Source of the DNA: an uncultured cyanobacterium
GTDB lineage: Bacteria > Cyanobacteriota > Cyanobacteriia > Cyanobacteriales > CAWCAG01
Length of the DNA: 64,000 nucleotides
Direction of reading: 5' to 3'
NCBI GenBank assembly: GCA_963803805.1
Contig: CAWDOD010000003.1
Location: 352,001 to 416,000, forward strand
Made by a program: the position numbers and the translations under genes. The notes below the pieces were generated by a model. That model searched no databases. It saw only the letters and a list, made by a program, of their open reading frames with translations, and had not been told where the DNA came from. Below are positions 10,502 to 21,092 of this stretch, piece after piece (within the stretch, counting starts at the first letter, position 1; each line of letters starts with the position of its first letter).

Positions 10502-11335
10502 TCAAATTGGTGGTAAATCTAATGGTATAGCTCCTAATAAGCCTTTACGGAAATCATTTAATAATTGACAAGCTGTTCTTTCTTCATCACCTTTGTAACT
10601 GAATTGGGCTAACTTATCTAAATATTCTTCTCCACTGAGATGATCAGGATTTAGTTGGTAGCGAGACTCTAAAGCCTCAGTAAAATTTAGTTCTTGTAAC
10701 AATTCCACAAAGGCTACAGCGACTCTTTGATTATCATAGGAGGCTTCGCCAATATCATCACAAATAGCTAACTTAACAGCATCTTCTTGATCCTCCAAAC
10801 GCCAAGGAATTACCCCCGGTGCATCTAACATTTCAATTTGGTCGGAGATGCGTACCCATTGGAGTTGCTTCGTCACCCCCGCACGACGAGCGCTAGCCAC
10901 GGCTTTACGCCCCACCAAGCGATTAATCAGAGCAGATTTACCCACATTAGGAAAACCGATTACCACAGCCCGAACTGGACGGGGACGCATCCCGCGATCA
11001 CGCCGACGTTGGTTCATTTGCTTACCTGCATTTTGGGCTGCTTGAATTATTTGTTTAATCCCTTTCCCTTTTTGGGCGTTAGTAAAATAAACCTGTTCTT
11101 CTTCTAACTCAAACCATTTTTGCCAAGCTTGTTTAAGATCACGAGGAATCATATCTACCCGATTAATCACGAGTATTTTGGGCTTACTACCAATCCAATC
11201 TTCTAGTTGAGGATGATGAGAAGTAAAAGGAATCCTCGCATCCAAAACTTCTAGCACAACATCAACACGCTTGAGTTGTTCTTTCAGTTGTCTTTCCGCT
11301 TTGGCAATATGCCCCGGATACCATTGAATGAGCAT
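10502..11335 (-). CDS. ylqF: Ribosome biogenesis GTPase YlqF/RbgA
   Basis: IQWYPGHIAKA, DARIP, GFPNVGKSALIN, DAPG. Confidence 0.97.
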   Translation of the reverse strand: MLIQWYPGHIAKAERQLKEQLKRVDVVLEVLDARIPFTSHHPQLEDWIGSKPKILVINRVDMIPRDLKQAWQKWFELEEEQVYFTNAQKGKGIKQIIQAAQNAGKQMNQRRRDRGMRPRPVRAVVIGFPNVGKSALINRLVGRKAVASARRAGVTKQLQWVRISDQIEMLDAPGVIPWRLEDQEDAVKLAICDDIGEASYDNQRVAVAFVELLQELNFTEALESRYQLNPDHLSGEEYLDKLAQFSYKGDEERTACQLLNDFRKGLLGAIPLDLPPI

Positions 11336-11516
11336 TTAATTGTTATTTGCTAATTGTTATTTGCTAATTGCTAATTGCCTTGGCAATATCCCTATTCTTA
11401 GCTATTCCTAAACGATAGATAGCTAGAGAAGTATCTGGATCTTTGTTCTTCTCGTCAATTTAGATATCGCATCTATTTTTTTACTTACTCAATATCTCCG
11501 TCTTGAAGCGAAAGTT

Positions 11517-12374
11517 TTAATTAAACCGCTTTTTTTCCATCCGATAACGCATATATTCTGCCACAAAAGCAAACATTCCTGAACCGAGAATCAATAAGAC
11601 GCTAAGGGCGTTAATATCGGGCTTAACTCCAGTACGGATACGACTAAAAATTTCCATAGGCAGGGTGGTTGCCCCAGTTCCAGCAGTGAAACTGGAGATA
11701 AGGAAATCGTCCATACTCAGGACAAAAGAAAGTAGGCAACCTGCAATAATTGCTGGCATTAATTCTGGTAAGAGAACCCTGATAAAAGCTTCTATGGGGG
11801 TAGCCCCTAAGTCTAAAGCTGCTTCTTCTAAATGAGGATCAAGGGTTGCCAAACGGGAAGAAACGACAATAGCAACATAGGCTAAACAAAATACTACGTG
11901 TGCTGCTACAATCGTCCACAAACTAAGGGGAATACTTACCACGGCTAAAAATACTAGAGTTGCTACAGCGATCGCAATATCTGGGACAATTAAGGGTAAG
12001 TAAGCAATACCTCTATATAAGGTTTTACCAGGGAAGCGATAACGGGCTAAACCTACTGCAGTTAGAGTTCCTAAAATAGCGGAAATCCCCACAGCCACGA
12101 AGGCTACGGTTAAGCTATTTTGCAGCGCCCTGAGTATGCGTCCATCTTGAAATAGTTGTTGATACCATTCTAAGGAGAAACCTTCCCAACCAGAACTATA
12201 GGCTGATTTATTGAAACTATAAAAAGTCAGTACCAAAATAGGTAGGTACATATAGAAAAACATCAGCAGGGAAAATAAAGCCTGCCAAGAAAGGCGGAAT
12301 TTGGGTTTAGATGCAACCATAGAAGGTAGAATTTCCTCCTCCTGCTGATGTGAATTCTCTTGCTCGCTCATCAA
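11517..12374 (-). CDS. potC: Polyamine ABC transporter permease (PotC-like)
   Basis: YLPILVL..YSFN, EEAALDLGA EAA motif, SMDDF, TLPMEIFS. Confidence 0.85.
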   Translation of the reverse strand: MMSEQENSHQQEEEILPSMVASKPKFRLSWQALFSLLMFFYMYLPILVLTFYSFNKSAYSSGWEGFSLEWYQQLFQDGRILRALQNSLTVAFVAVGISAILGTLTAVGLARYRFPGKTLYRGIAYLPLIVPDIAIAVATLVFLAVVSIPLSLWTIVAAHVVFCLAYVAIVVSSRLATLDPHLEEAALDLGATPIEAFIRVLLPELMPAIIAGCLLSFVLSMDDFLISSFTAGTGATTLPMEIFSRIRTGVKPDINALSVLLILGSGMFAFVAEYMRYRMEKKRFN

Positions 12375-12500
12375 GTTGTACCTATTTTAGGCGATCACGT
12401 TCTTTAATGACCAATGATTAATTATCAATGATGGGGTGCGACAACAGCAAGCCGTACATTGAGCAATTATATTGGTAAATACAGCACTAGTAATTAGTCA

Positions 12501-12707
12501 CTAATTCCCCAAATCTTCCACCTCCTTCTCCCTCTGTTCATTGAGATTAGGGGCTTTGTTTGGTACTAACCCCATCACAAATTTATTAATACCAACACGA
12601 GTACTTTTACTAGCTTGACCTAAAGAACCGGGTAAAACGCGATCTCCTACAGTAATAAAAGCTAGGGTTAAAGCTACAAAAATAAAGGCTAAAGTTTGCC
12701 GATTCAT
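12501..12707 (-). CDS. Small membrane-anchored hypothetical protein (ATG at 12707 preferred over 12746)
   Basis: MNRQTLAFIFVALTLAFITVGDRVLP: single TM followed by a cyanobacterial-type GDRxLP motif. Confidence 0.6.
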   Translation of the reverse strand: MNRQTLAFIFVALTLAFITVGDRVLPGSLGQASKSTRVGINKFVMGLVPNKAPNLNEQREKEVEDLGN

Positions 12708-12921
12708 GACTAAATAATTATTGATAGAGAAAGTTATACTTCTCATCTTAGTCTTTCCCTAGACAGAAATATTCATAGCTTCTGCCCTTAATGTTTTAGC
12801 CTTGAGGTATTTTACTTTGCGCTCTAGTTTAAGCTAGGATTTGCCTATGCGTGACAAATTATTCACAGCATACATTCAAGAAAAACCTTAAAAACTTAAT
12901 CTCAAATAGGAGAATTTGCAA

Positions 12922-13053
12922 ATGGCTAAAGAAAATCCTCCCGTTCCCCAATCCGGTGAACCCCCCTATCCTTTCCGTACAGGTTGGGCGTTGTTTTTGT
13001 TATTCATCAACATTTTAGTTGCTGCTATTTATTTCCACATTTGGAATATTTAG
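12922..13053 (+). CDS. psaX: Photosystem I subunit PsaX (43 aa, not in ORF track)
   Basis: MAKENPPVPQSGEPPYPFRTGWALFLLFINILVAAIYFHIWNI; PY.FRT.WA...IN.LVAA.YF signature; AGGAG RBS at 12908-12912. Confidence 0.9.
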   Translation: MAKENPPVPQSGEPPYPFRTGWALFLLFINILVAAIYFHIWNI

Positions 13054-13071
13054 TTCACTCTCAACTAATTC

Positions 13072-14478
13072 CTAATCCTTGAATAAAGCAGGACGTTGAT
13101 TTTCCCATAATTTTGCGGCTTCCAATTGTCCTGCTAGGGAAATAAGGGTTGTTTCTGCGGCGGGACGGCGAATAATTTGGATACCAAGGGGCAAGCCGTT
13201 ACTAGCAAAGCCTGTTGGTAGGGCGATCGCTGGTAAGCCAGAAGCATTAACTCCAGGACAAGGGGCAACCCACTCAATAATTTTTTGTAAAGTTTCTTTC
13301 GGTTCCAAATCTGCCCACTCACCAATTTTAATAGTGGGGTGTAGATATACAGGTAGGATTAAAACATCATAATTTTCAAAAAAGGCAACAATCTGCCTCG
13401 CCACAAGCTGCATTTGGGAAACTGCTTGTAAATACTCCCCAGCAGAACCCGCTTGTTCCCCAATCCATCGCTCTAAAGGACTCAAAGCTTCTAAAGGAAT
13501 GCCCGTAGCTGTAACTCCTGCCTGCCAAATTTTAGTAAAAGGTTTAACTAAATCCCTAAAATCAGGACAGGCAGATTCAACAGTATGACCTAAACTTTCG
13601 CAGAGTTTGGCTGTTTTCTCCACAGCTTCTTTTATTTGGGCTGTTGCTTCTCCAAAAGGGGCTATGGAAGTGGAAAAAGCAACTTTTAATTTCCTAGGAG
13701 ATTGTTGTGCGGCGTGGAAAAAAGAAGTTTCTGGCAGAGGTAGCCAGTAAGGATCTCCTACTACATAACCAGACATTATATCTAATAAAGCTGCTGCATC
13801 CTCAACATTGCGTGCAAGAGGACCACTGGTGGAAATACCGCTTTGATAATCTCCCACAGGGGCGTGGGAAACTCTACCCCTAGAAGGTTTCAGTCCCACT
13901 AAACCACAACAAGAACCTGGGCCACGTATAGAACCACCACCATCGGAACCTTGGGCGATGCCACATAAACCTGCTGCTACTGCTGCTGCTGCCCCACCAC
14001 TAGACCCTCCGGGGGTATATTCTAAGTTCCAAGGGTTTCGGGCAGGGGGAAAGCCAGGAGGTTCAGTATAGGGCAAGGAACCAATAGCAGAGGTGGCTGT
14101 TTTACCCAGAATAATAAAACCCGCCATTTTCATGCGAGTGGTAACGCCATCATCATAGGGAGAGATTTTTTCTTTTAACGCTGCTACGCCATAGCTACAG
14201 GGCATTCCTTTGACGGCGTTCAAGTCTTTAATTGCTGTGGGTACACCAAAAAAAGGTGGTAGTTGAGTAGCGTCAATTTGGGTAAGTTTTTCTGTTTTAA
14301 CTTTAGCCTCTTCTAAAGCTAATTCCCCCGCAACAGTGAAATAACTTCCTAGTTGGGTATTGAATTTATTGATACGTTCTAAGTAAAGTTCTACTAATTG
14401 CAAAGGAGAAACTTCACCACTACGAATGAGTTGGGCTTGTTGCAAGGCTGGGGCAAAAGCCAAGTCAGCTTGATTCAT
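13072..14478 (-). CDS. Amidase signature family protein
   Basis: GVPTAIKD, PGGSSGG, GSDGGGSIRGP. Confidence 0.93.
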   Translation of the reverse strand: MNQADLAFAPALQQAQLIRSGEVSPLQLVELYLERINKFNTQLGSYFTVAGELALEEAKVKTEKLTQIDATQLPPFFGVPTAIKDLNAVKGMPCSYGVAALKEKISPYDDGVTTRMKMAGFIILGKTATSAIGSLPYTEPPGFPPARNPWNLEYTPGGSSGGAAAAVAAGLCGIAQGSDGGGSIRGPGSCCGLVGLKPSRGRVSHAPVGDYQSGISTSGPLARNVEDAAALLDIMSGYVVGDPYWLPLPETSFFHAAQQSPRKLKVAFSTSIAPFGEATAQIKEAVEKTAKLCESLGHTVESACPDFRDLVKPFTKIWQAGVTATGIPLEALSPLERWIGEQAGSAGEYLQAVSQMQLVARQIVAFFENYDVLILPVYLHPTIKIGEWADLEPKETLQKIIEWVAPCPGVNASGLPAIALPTGFASNGLPLGIQIIRRPAAETTLISLAGQLEAAKLWENQRPALFKD

Positions 14479-14595
14479 GTAAAAATTAGATTAATGGCAA
14501 GTAACAACATAGCTTAACTTAATTGCTAATCGCTAGTGGCTAGTGGCTAATTGTTAAAGTTAAACATTACTTATTATTTATTACTTATTACTTAT

Positions 14596-15384
14596 TCAAG
14601 CCCCCATGCCAGAATATTGTTTTAAACCCCGTCGCCACAACCAACGGTTAATAATTAAAAAGAATAATCCCCAACCTAAAGTTGCTAAAATCCCTTGCAT
14701 AATATCAACTTCTAAACCAACTATAATAGCTGCTGGAAAATACATCATATAGGGGAAAGGTGTCCAGAGAGTTAGTTTTTGCATTAAAGGAGGGAATACA
14801 TCTAAAGGGGCTATCATTCCAGAAAGAAAGAGGTAAAACAATAACCAAAATTGCTGAATTGCCACCGCCCTTTCTATCCAAAAAGCGAACATAGCAAAGG
14901 TATATTGAATTAGAAAACGTAGGGCAAAAGCCATAATACAGGTAACAAAGAATAAGCAAACTTGTCCAAAGTTAGGTTGCCAAATCCCTTGGGGATAGAG
15001 GTAGAAAAAGAGAATTAAGAAGAAAATAATAATTGGTGCGCGTCCTAAACGTTCTCCTAAATGAGTAGCAACATGATGCCAAACCGGATCTATAGGTTGG
15101 AGGAGTCGAAAGGAAAGACTTCCTTCTACTACTTCCCTTTCAAATTCCCAAATTACCCAAATAACTGTAAGTTGTCGTACTAAGAAAACAGCAATAAAAT
15201 AGCGGGCAAAATCCATTGCTGAGAGGTCGAAATCTCCGCTGTTAGCTGCTTTAGTCCAAACTCCCATCAAAATAATTGGTAGGGAGTTAGAAAGGGCCCA
15301 TAAAAAAATTTCTGCTCGATATTCGAGCATATAAGCGTATTGAACGCTGAGTAAAGTTGTGGCTTTTTTCCATAACCATTTCAT
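14596..15384 (-). CDS. ABC-2 type transporter permease (DUF990-like)
   Basis: 6 TM segments, GSLSFRLLQP, LSGMIAPL; overlaps the ATPase gene. Confidence 0.85.
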   Translation of the reverse strand: MKWLWKKATTLLSVQYAYMLEYRAEIFLWALSNSLPIILMGVWTKAANSGDFDLSAMDFARYFIAVFLVRQLTVIWVIWEFEREVVEGSLSFRLLQPIDPVWHHVATHLGERLGRAPIIIFFLILFFYLYPQGIWQPNFGQVCLFFVTCIMAFALRFLIQYTFAMFAFWIERAVAIQQFWLLFYLFLSGMIAPLDVFPPLMQKLTLWTPFPYMMYFPAAIIVGLEVDIMQGILATLGWGLFFLIINRWLWRRGLKQYSGMGA

Positions 15385-16364
15385 TAAATTTCCCCTTTAT
15401 TAAAAAGCTGCCCAATTACTTCTTCTATAGGTGGATCAGCTATACTTAAATCAATAACTTCTAATTGTGCTAACATCTTTGCCACACTATTAGTCAAGTC
15501 TTCTCGTTTGATTAAAAAACGTACTTCTCGCCCTTCTATAGTTTTAATATCTCCGAAGTCAGCTAACTTTTCTGAAGGTAAGAAGTAACCAAGTTCTACT
15601 TTAACCTCTCGACAAGGGGCAAAATGTTCTAATAATTTATTCAAGTCACCATTATAAATAAGTTGTCCTTGATGGATAACCATAACTCGCTCACATAAAG
15701 CAGTTATATCTGCCATATAATGACTTGTTAAAAGAATTGTTGCTTGGTAACGTTGATTGTAATCCCGCAAAAAATCCCGCACAGCTACTTGAGCATTTAC
15801 ATCTAATCCTAAAGTTGGTTCATCTAAAAATAATACTTGAGGATGGTGCAGTAAGGCAGCGAGTAATTCGGCCTTCATTCTTTCCCCTAATGAAAGCTTG
15901 CGTACTGGCTGTTTTAGTTTATTTTCTAAAGAAAGCATTTCCGTTAATTCCCCTAACCTTTGCTTAAATTGAGGTTGAGGAATTTGATAAATGGCGGCAT
16001 TAATTCTTAAAGAATCTAGGGCAGGTAAATCCCAAATTAATTGCTGCTTCTGCCCCATAACCAAACTAATCTTATTAAGAAATTGGTGTTTACGATTAAA
16101 AGGTGTATAACCAGAAACTTTAACCTTTCCTTGAGAAGGATAAATTAAACCTGCTAACATTTTGAGGGTAGTAGTTTTCCCTGCCCCATTAGGTCCTAAA
16201 AAACCAACAACTTCACCTGTTTCAATCTGAAAAGAAATATTTTGTACTGCTTTTACTTGGCGATATTGACGTTTAAAAAAGTGATTTAATGTCCCTTTCA
16301 ATCCTGGTTCTTTAACAGCAACGGGATAGATTTTAGTCAGGTTTTCGACAGCAACTATGGGCAT
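15384..16364 (-). CDS. ABC transporter ATP-binding protein
   Basis: GPNGAGKTT, LSLGE, LFLDEPT, TSH. Confidence 0.95.
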   Translation of the reverse strand: MPIVAVENLTKIYPVAVKEPGLKGTLNHFFKRQYRQVKAVQNISFQIETGEVVGFLGPNGAGKTTTLKMLAGLIYPSQGKVKVSGYTPFNRKHQFLNKISLVMGQKQQLIWDLPALDSLRINAAIYQIPQPQFKQRLGELTEMLSLENKLKQPVRKLSLGERMKAELLAALLHHPQVLFLDEPTLGLDVNAQVAVRDFLRDYNQRYQATILLTSHYMADITALCERVMVIHQGQLIYNGDLNKLLEHFAPCREVKVELGYFLPSEKLADFGDIKTIEGREVRFLIKREDLTNSVAKMLAQLEVIDLSIADPPIEEVIGQLFNKGEI

Positions 16365-16803
16365 ATAAAGTTAATTGATAATTGATCAAGATGATTATTT
16401 TAAGTGAAGCAGCAGAACAAGTAGCGCCATCTGCTAGTGCTAGAGAAAATGAAACTCTGACTGAAGCCCCTAAGATAATAGGTTTAGGTTAAGGAATTAA
16501 ATTAGTTAATTCACTACAACAACTATAGTTATTCCTAAACTTGAATTTTGGCATCATCTTAAGGAATTAGTTTTAGCCAAGAATTAGGGCTAATATTATA
16601 CCTTACTTGCTTGACTAAAATATATCTAAAAAGCTTAATTTCCCGTTTCGATTTCTCAAAATACTTAGGATTTTTAGCAAGAATATTATTATTACTGGGG
16701 TAGGTTCTTACGAACTTACGACTCAAAGTCTGAAGCTATTGATTCGCTCAACCTCCAAAATCTAGGTACAATAAACCCTGTCCTCTCGTACAAGAGTGCA
16801 TCT

Positions 16804-19116
16804 ATGGCTCCCTTTTCCCCTCAAGAAATTGCTGCTGAAGGTCTGAAACCAGAAGAATATCAAGAAATTGTTAATAGATTAGGTCGCCATCCCAATCAAG
16901 CTGAATTAGGTATGTTTGGGGTGATGTGGTCAGAACATTGTTGTTACAAAAACTCCCGTCCTCTGCTTAAACAGTTCCCCACCACAGGTAAGCGAGTCTT
17001 GGTGGGACCAGGGGAAAATGCTGGAGTTGTAGATTTAGGTAATGGTTTACGTCTTGCTTTTAAAATAGAATCTCACAACCATCCTTCAGCCATTGAACCT
17101 TTCCAGGGGGCAGCCACCGGAGTTGGAGGCATTCTCCGAGATATTTTTACTATGGGGGCCCGTCCCATTGCTATTTTAAACTCCTTACGGTTTGGAGAAT
17201 TGGAAAATCCCCGTACTAGAAGGATTTTTACTGGAGTTGTCGAAGGTATTGCTAATTATGGTAATTGTGTGGGAGTTCCTACTGTAGGGGGAGAAATTTA
17301 CTTCGACGCGGCTTATACAGGCAATCCCTTGGTTAATGTTATGGCTTTAGGTTTAATGGAAACTGAGGATATTGTTACCTCTGGGGCAGCAGGTATTGGC
17401 AACCCAGTTTTGTATGTGGGTTCTACTACCGGCAGAGATGGTATGGGAGGGGCTAGTTTTGCTAGTGCCGAACTTTCCGACGCATCTATGGATGATCGTC
17501 CGGCAGTACAAGTAGGTGATCCTTTCTTAGAAAAATCCTTAATAGAAGCTTGTTTAGAAGCCTTTAAAACTGGGGCAGTGGTGGCGGCACAGGATATGGG
17601 GGCGGCAGGACTTACCTGTTCAACATCGGAAATGGCCGCGACAGGAGGTGTGGGGGTAGAACTAGATTTAGATAAAATTCCAGTGCGAGAAACGGGGATG
17701 ATTCCCTACGAATACCTGCTTTCTGAATCCCAAGAAAGGATGTTGTTCGTTGCCGAAAAAGGGCGAGAAACAGAATTAATCAAGATTTTCCACCGTTGGG
17801 GACTGAATGCGGTAGTTGCGGGGGAAGTAATCGAAGAACCCATCGTCAGGATTTGGTTTCAAGGGAAAGTCGCCGCCGAAGTCCCTGCTACAGCTTTGGC
17901 TGATAATACTCCTATTTATAACCGAGAACTCTTAGCAGAACCTCCCGTCTATGCCCAAAAAGCTTGGCAATGGAGTTCCACTTCCTTGCCCCCTTGCACG
18001 ACCACAGGTATCTCCTTAGATGGGGATAACAAAACCTGGACAGAAATTCTCCTCGAACTTTTAGATAACCCTACCCTAGCTGATAAAACCTGGGTTCATC
18101 GCCAATACGATCACCAAGTTCAAAATAACACCGTAATCTTGCCAGGAGGGGCTGAAGCGGCGGTGGTAAGAGTTCGTCCTTTAAATGCCAATCCTGCAAG
18201 CTGTACCACAGGAGTAGCCGCAACGACAGATTGCAACTCCCGCTACTGTTACCTTGACCCCTATGAAGGGGCTAAAGCGGCTGTAGCTGAAGCTGCCCGT
18301 AATTTAAGCTGTGTGGGTGCTGAACCCTTGGCAGTTACTGATAACCTCAATTTTGGTAGCCCGGAAAAGCCCGTGGGTTACTGGCAATTGGCCTGGGCTT
18401 GTCGGGGTATTGCTGAAGCCTGTGAAGTTTTTAATACCCCTGTGACGGGGGGAAATGTTTCTTTGTATAACGAAACCCTAGACAGCAACGGTAAGCCTCA
18501 ACCAATTTATCCTACTCCCGTTATTGGTATGGTGGGTTTAATCGCCGATATTAAAAAAGTTTGCGGTCGAGGTTGGATAGAAGAAGGAGATTTAATTTAT
18601 TTGTTAGGAAATGGTGATAATTTCCCCACCTTGGGAGGATCAGAATATTTAGCTGCTATTCACCAGATTGTGGCAGGAAAACCTCCTCAAGTTGATTTTG
18701 CTTTAGAAAGTCAAGTGCAAAAAGCTTGCCGGGAAGGTATTCATCGCGATTTGGTCAAGTCTGCCTGTGATTGTTCTGAAGGTGGCATAGCTGTGGCTAT
18801 AGCTGAAGCTTGTTTAGTTAACCAGTTAGGGGCAGAGATTTACCTTAATATTCCAGAAGCTCAACGTTGGGATGAAGTCCTCTTTGGGGAAGCTACCAGC
18901 CGTATTTTGGTTTCTATTTCCCCTACTCAACAAAAAACTTGGGAATCATACCTCCAAAAAGAACTACCAGATGCTTGGTTACAAATTGGCACAGTGAAAG
19001 AAAAAAAATCTCAATTACGCATATATACTGCTGACAAGGTATTGTTAATAAAAGTTAAGATGACCAAAGTAAGCGATCGCTGGCAAGAGGCCATACCCAA
19101 ACGCTTAAAAGTTTGA
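16804..19116 (+). CDS. purL: Phosphoribosylformylglycinamidine synthase subunit PurL
   Basis: [39 protein letters not shown]. Confidence 0.98.
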   Translation: MAPFSPQEIAAEGLKPEEYQEIVNRLGRHPNQAELGMFGVMWSEHCCYKNSRPLLKQFPTTGKRVLVGPGENAGVVDLGNGLRLAFKIESHNHPSAIEPFQGAATGVGGILRDIFTMGARPIAILNSLRFGELENPRTRRIFTGVVEGIANYGNCVGVPTVGGEIYFDAAYTGNPLVNVMALGLMETEDIVTSGAAGIGNPVLYVGSTTGRDGMGGASFASAELSDASMDDRPAVQVGDPFLEKSLIEACLEAFKTGAVVAAQDMGAAGLTCSTSEMAATGGVGVELDLDKIPVRETGMIPYEYLLSESQERMLFVAEKGRETELIKIFHRWGLNAVVAGEVIEEPIVRIWFQGKVAAEVPATALADNTPIYNRELLAEPPVYAQKAWQWSSTSLPPCTTTGISLDGDNKTWTEILLELLDNPTLADKTWVHRQYDHQVQNNTVILPGGAEAAVVRVRPLNANPASCTTGVAATTDCNSRYCYLDPYEGAKAAVAEAARNLSCVGAEPLAVTDNLNFGSPEKPVGYWQLAWACRGIAEACEVFNTPVTGGNVSLYNETLDSNGKPQPIYPTPVIGMVGLIADIKKVCGRGWIEEGDLIYLLGNGDNFPTLGGSEYLAAIHQIVAGKPPQVDFALESQVQKACREGIHRDLVKSACDCSEGGIAVAIAEACLVNQLGAEIYLNIPEAQRWDEVLFGEATSRILVSISPTQQKTWESYLQKELPDAWLQIGTVKEKKSQLRIYTADKVLLIKVKMTKVSDRWQEAIPKRLKV

Positions 19117-19295
19117 AACTTAAATTATGCAATTAAACTCATTAGCCATTAGCGGCAATTCTCACTTTTCCAAAGTTAAGAATTACTGCTATTGTTGTAA
19201 TTGTTAAGCAAATGTTAAGCTCAACTTAAGGGTCTATCTACCTCAATACTCATCTCATTGATTCACTTGCCGCTATCAGGAGCAAAAGCCGTAGC

Positions 19296-20786
19296 ATGAT
19301 TCCTAACTCATCCTTTCCCTTTAAGGCCAACTCTGCTGACAATTTTGGTCAAAGCGAAAAAAGACCAGATAAACCAGAAGAAGCCTGTGGTGTTTTTGGC
19401 ATTTATGCCCCCGAACGGGACGTAGCCAAACTAACTTATTTTGGACTATATGCCCTGCAACACCGAGGTCAAGAATCCGCTGGAATAGCAACTTTTACTG
19501 AAGATAGAACCCTAATTCATAAAGATATGGGTTTGGTGTCCCAAGTGTTTAATGAGTCTATTTTAAGTACTATGCCGGGAAATCTAGCGGTGGGTCACAC
19601 CCGCTATTCCACAACAGGTTCTAGTTTAGCCTCAAATGCTCAGCCAGTAGTTGTAGAAACTAAAAAAGGGATGTTAGCCCTGGCCCACAATGGCAACTTA
19701 GTTAATGCAGCCCAATTAAAAGAAAAACTGAGTAGGAGAAATTGTAACTTCGCTAGTACCACAGACTCAGAAATGATTGCGATCGCGATCGCCGAAGAAG
19801 TAGACCGTGGTAAAGATTGGTTAGAATCAGCTATTAGTGCTTTTCAAATGTGTGAAGGAGCCTACAGTCTAACAATTGGTACTCCTGAAGGTTTAATGGG
19901 GGTTAGAGATCCCCATGGTATTCGTCCTTTAGTAATTGGTACATTAGGCAATAATCCTTGTCGCTACGTTCTTGCTTCAGAAACCTGTGGCTTAGATATT
20001 ATTGGGGCAGAATATCTCCGGGATGTAGAACCTGGGGAAGTAGTTTGGATTACTGAAGAAGGTATGGCTTCTTTCCACTGGGGACAAAAACCCCAAAGAA
20101 AACTCTGTATCTTTGAAATGATTTACTTCGCAAGGCCAGATAGCCTCGTTAACGAAGAAACTCTCTATAGTTACCGGATGCGTATCGGTAGACAATTAGC
20201 TCAAGAATCTCCTGTCGAAGCTGATATTGTTATCCCAGTTCCCGATTCTGGAGTTCCTGCGGCCATTGGTTATTCCCAGGAATCAGGTGTTTCTTTTGCT
20301 GAAGGATTAATCAAAAATCGCTACGTAGGCCGTACATTCATCCAGCCTACCCAAGAAATGAGAGAAGCTGGCATCCGCATGAAACTCAATCCCCTCAAAG
20401 ACGTTTTAGTGGGCAAGCGGGTAATTATTGTTGATGATTCTATTGTTCGTGGTACAACCAGCAAAAAAATTGTTAAAGCATTGCGCGAAGCTGGGGCTAA
20501 GGAAGTACATATGCGTATTTCTTCCCCCCCTGTTACCCATCCTTGCTTCTATGGTATAGATACCGATAGTCAAGACCAACTGATTGCGGCTACTAAGTCT
20601 GTAGCAGAAATAGAAGCACAAATTGGTGTAGATTCTTTAGCGTATTTAAGTTGGGAAGGTATGCTAAAAGCCACTGGAGAAGACCCCCAAAGCTTCTGTA
20701 CTGCTTGCTTTAATGGTGACTATCCCATCTCTATTCCTAACCAAGTGAAGCGTTCTAAATTGATTTTAGAGAAGCTGAAAGTGTAG
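19296..20786 (+). CDS. purF: Amidophosphoribosyltransferase
   Basis: EEACGVFG (propeptide/Cys), QHRGQ, GHTRYST, VDDSIVRGTT. Confidence 0.98.
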   Translation: MIPNSSFPFKANSADNFGQSEKRPDKPEEACGVFGIYAPERDVAKLTYFGLYALQHRGQESAGIATFTEDRTLIHKDMGLVSQVFNESILSTMPGNLAVGHTRYSTTGSSLASNAQPVVVETKKGMLALAHNGNLVNAAQLKEKLSRRNCNFASTTDSEMIAIAIAEEVDRGKDWLESAISAFQMCEGAYSLTIGTPEGLMGVRDPHGIRPLVIGTLGNNPCRYVLASETCGLDIIGAEYLRDVEPGEVVWITEEGMASFHWGQKPQRKLCIFEMIYFARPDSLVNEETLYSYRMRIGRQLAQESPVEADIVIPVPDSGVPAAIGYSQESGVSFAEGLIKNRYVGRTFIQPTQEMREAGIRMKLNPLKDVLVGKRVIIVDDSIVRGTTSKKIVKALREAGAKEVHMRISSPPVTHPCFYGIDTDSQDQLIAATKSVAEIEAQIGVDSLAYLSWEGMLKATGEDPQSFCTACFNGDYPISIPNQVKRSKLILEKLKV

Positions 20787-20799
20787 TAGTGAATTGATT

Positions 20800-21030
20800 T
20801 TAGATTTGTTCACTTTTTGATGGCTGGTAATAGGCCAAAAAAGAAGGAAGAGAGTTAAGTTCTCTTCCTTCTTTTGTCTGGTTTTGTTGATTGTCTGAAC
20901 GCGCTTTTAACTTTTTCCGTAACATTTGCTGTCGCTTTTTCAGTTGGCGCTTTCTGGCTGCACCGCCTTTACCTTTATCATTGCGCCCTTGGCGGCGAGG
21001 TGATTCCCAGCTTTTAAGTCGCTCTACCAC
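20800..21030 (-). CDS. Small very basic hypothetical protein
   Basis: GAGGA RBS upstream of the GTG; K/R-rich SWESPRRQGRNDKGKGGAARKRQLKK. Confidence 0.6.
   Translation of the reverse strand: MVERLKSWESPRRQGRNDKGKGGAARKRQLKKRQQMLRKKLKARSDNQQNQTKEGRELNSLPSFLAYYQPSKSEQI
20839..20875. terminator. Probable bidirectional intrinsic terminator
   Basis: AAAAGAAGGAAGAGA-gttaagt-TCTCTTCCTTCTTTT perfect 15-bp stem just after the purF stop. Confidence 0.7.
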
Positions 21031-21092
21031 TATTATTTTTCCTCATACTTGCCTAGTACTATTTGTAGCATAATAATACTATTCAAACAAGT

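Noticed and set aside
16391-16492. 33-aa ORF MIILSEAAEQVAPSASARENETLTEAPKIIGLG
   Set aside because: No clear RBS or recognisable motif; cannot be distinguished from chance.
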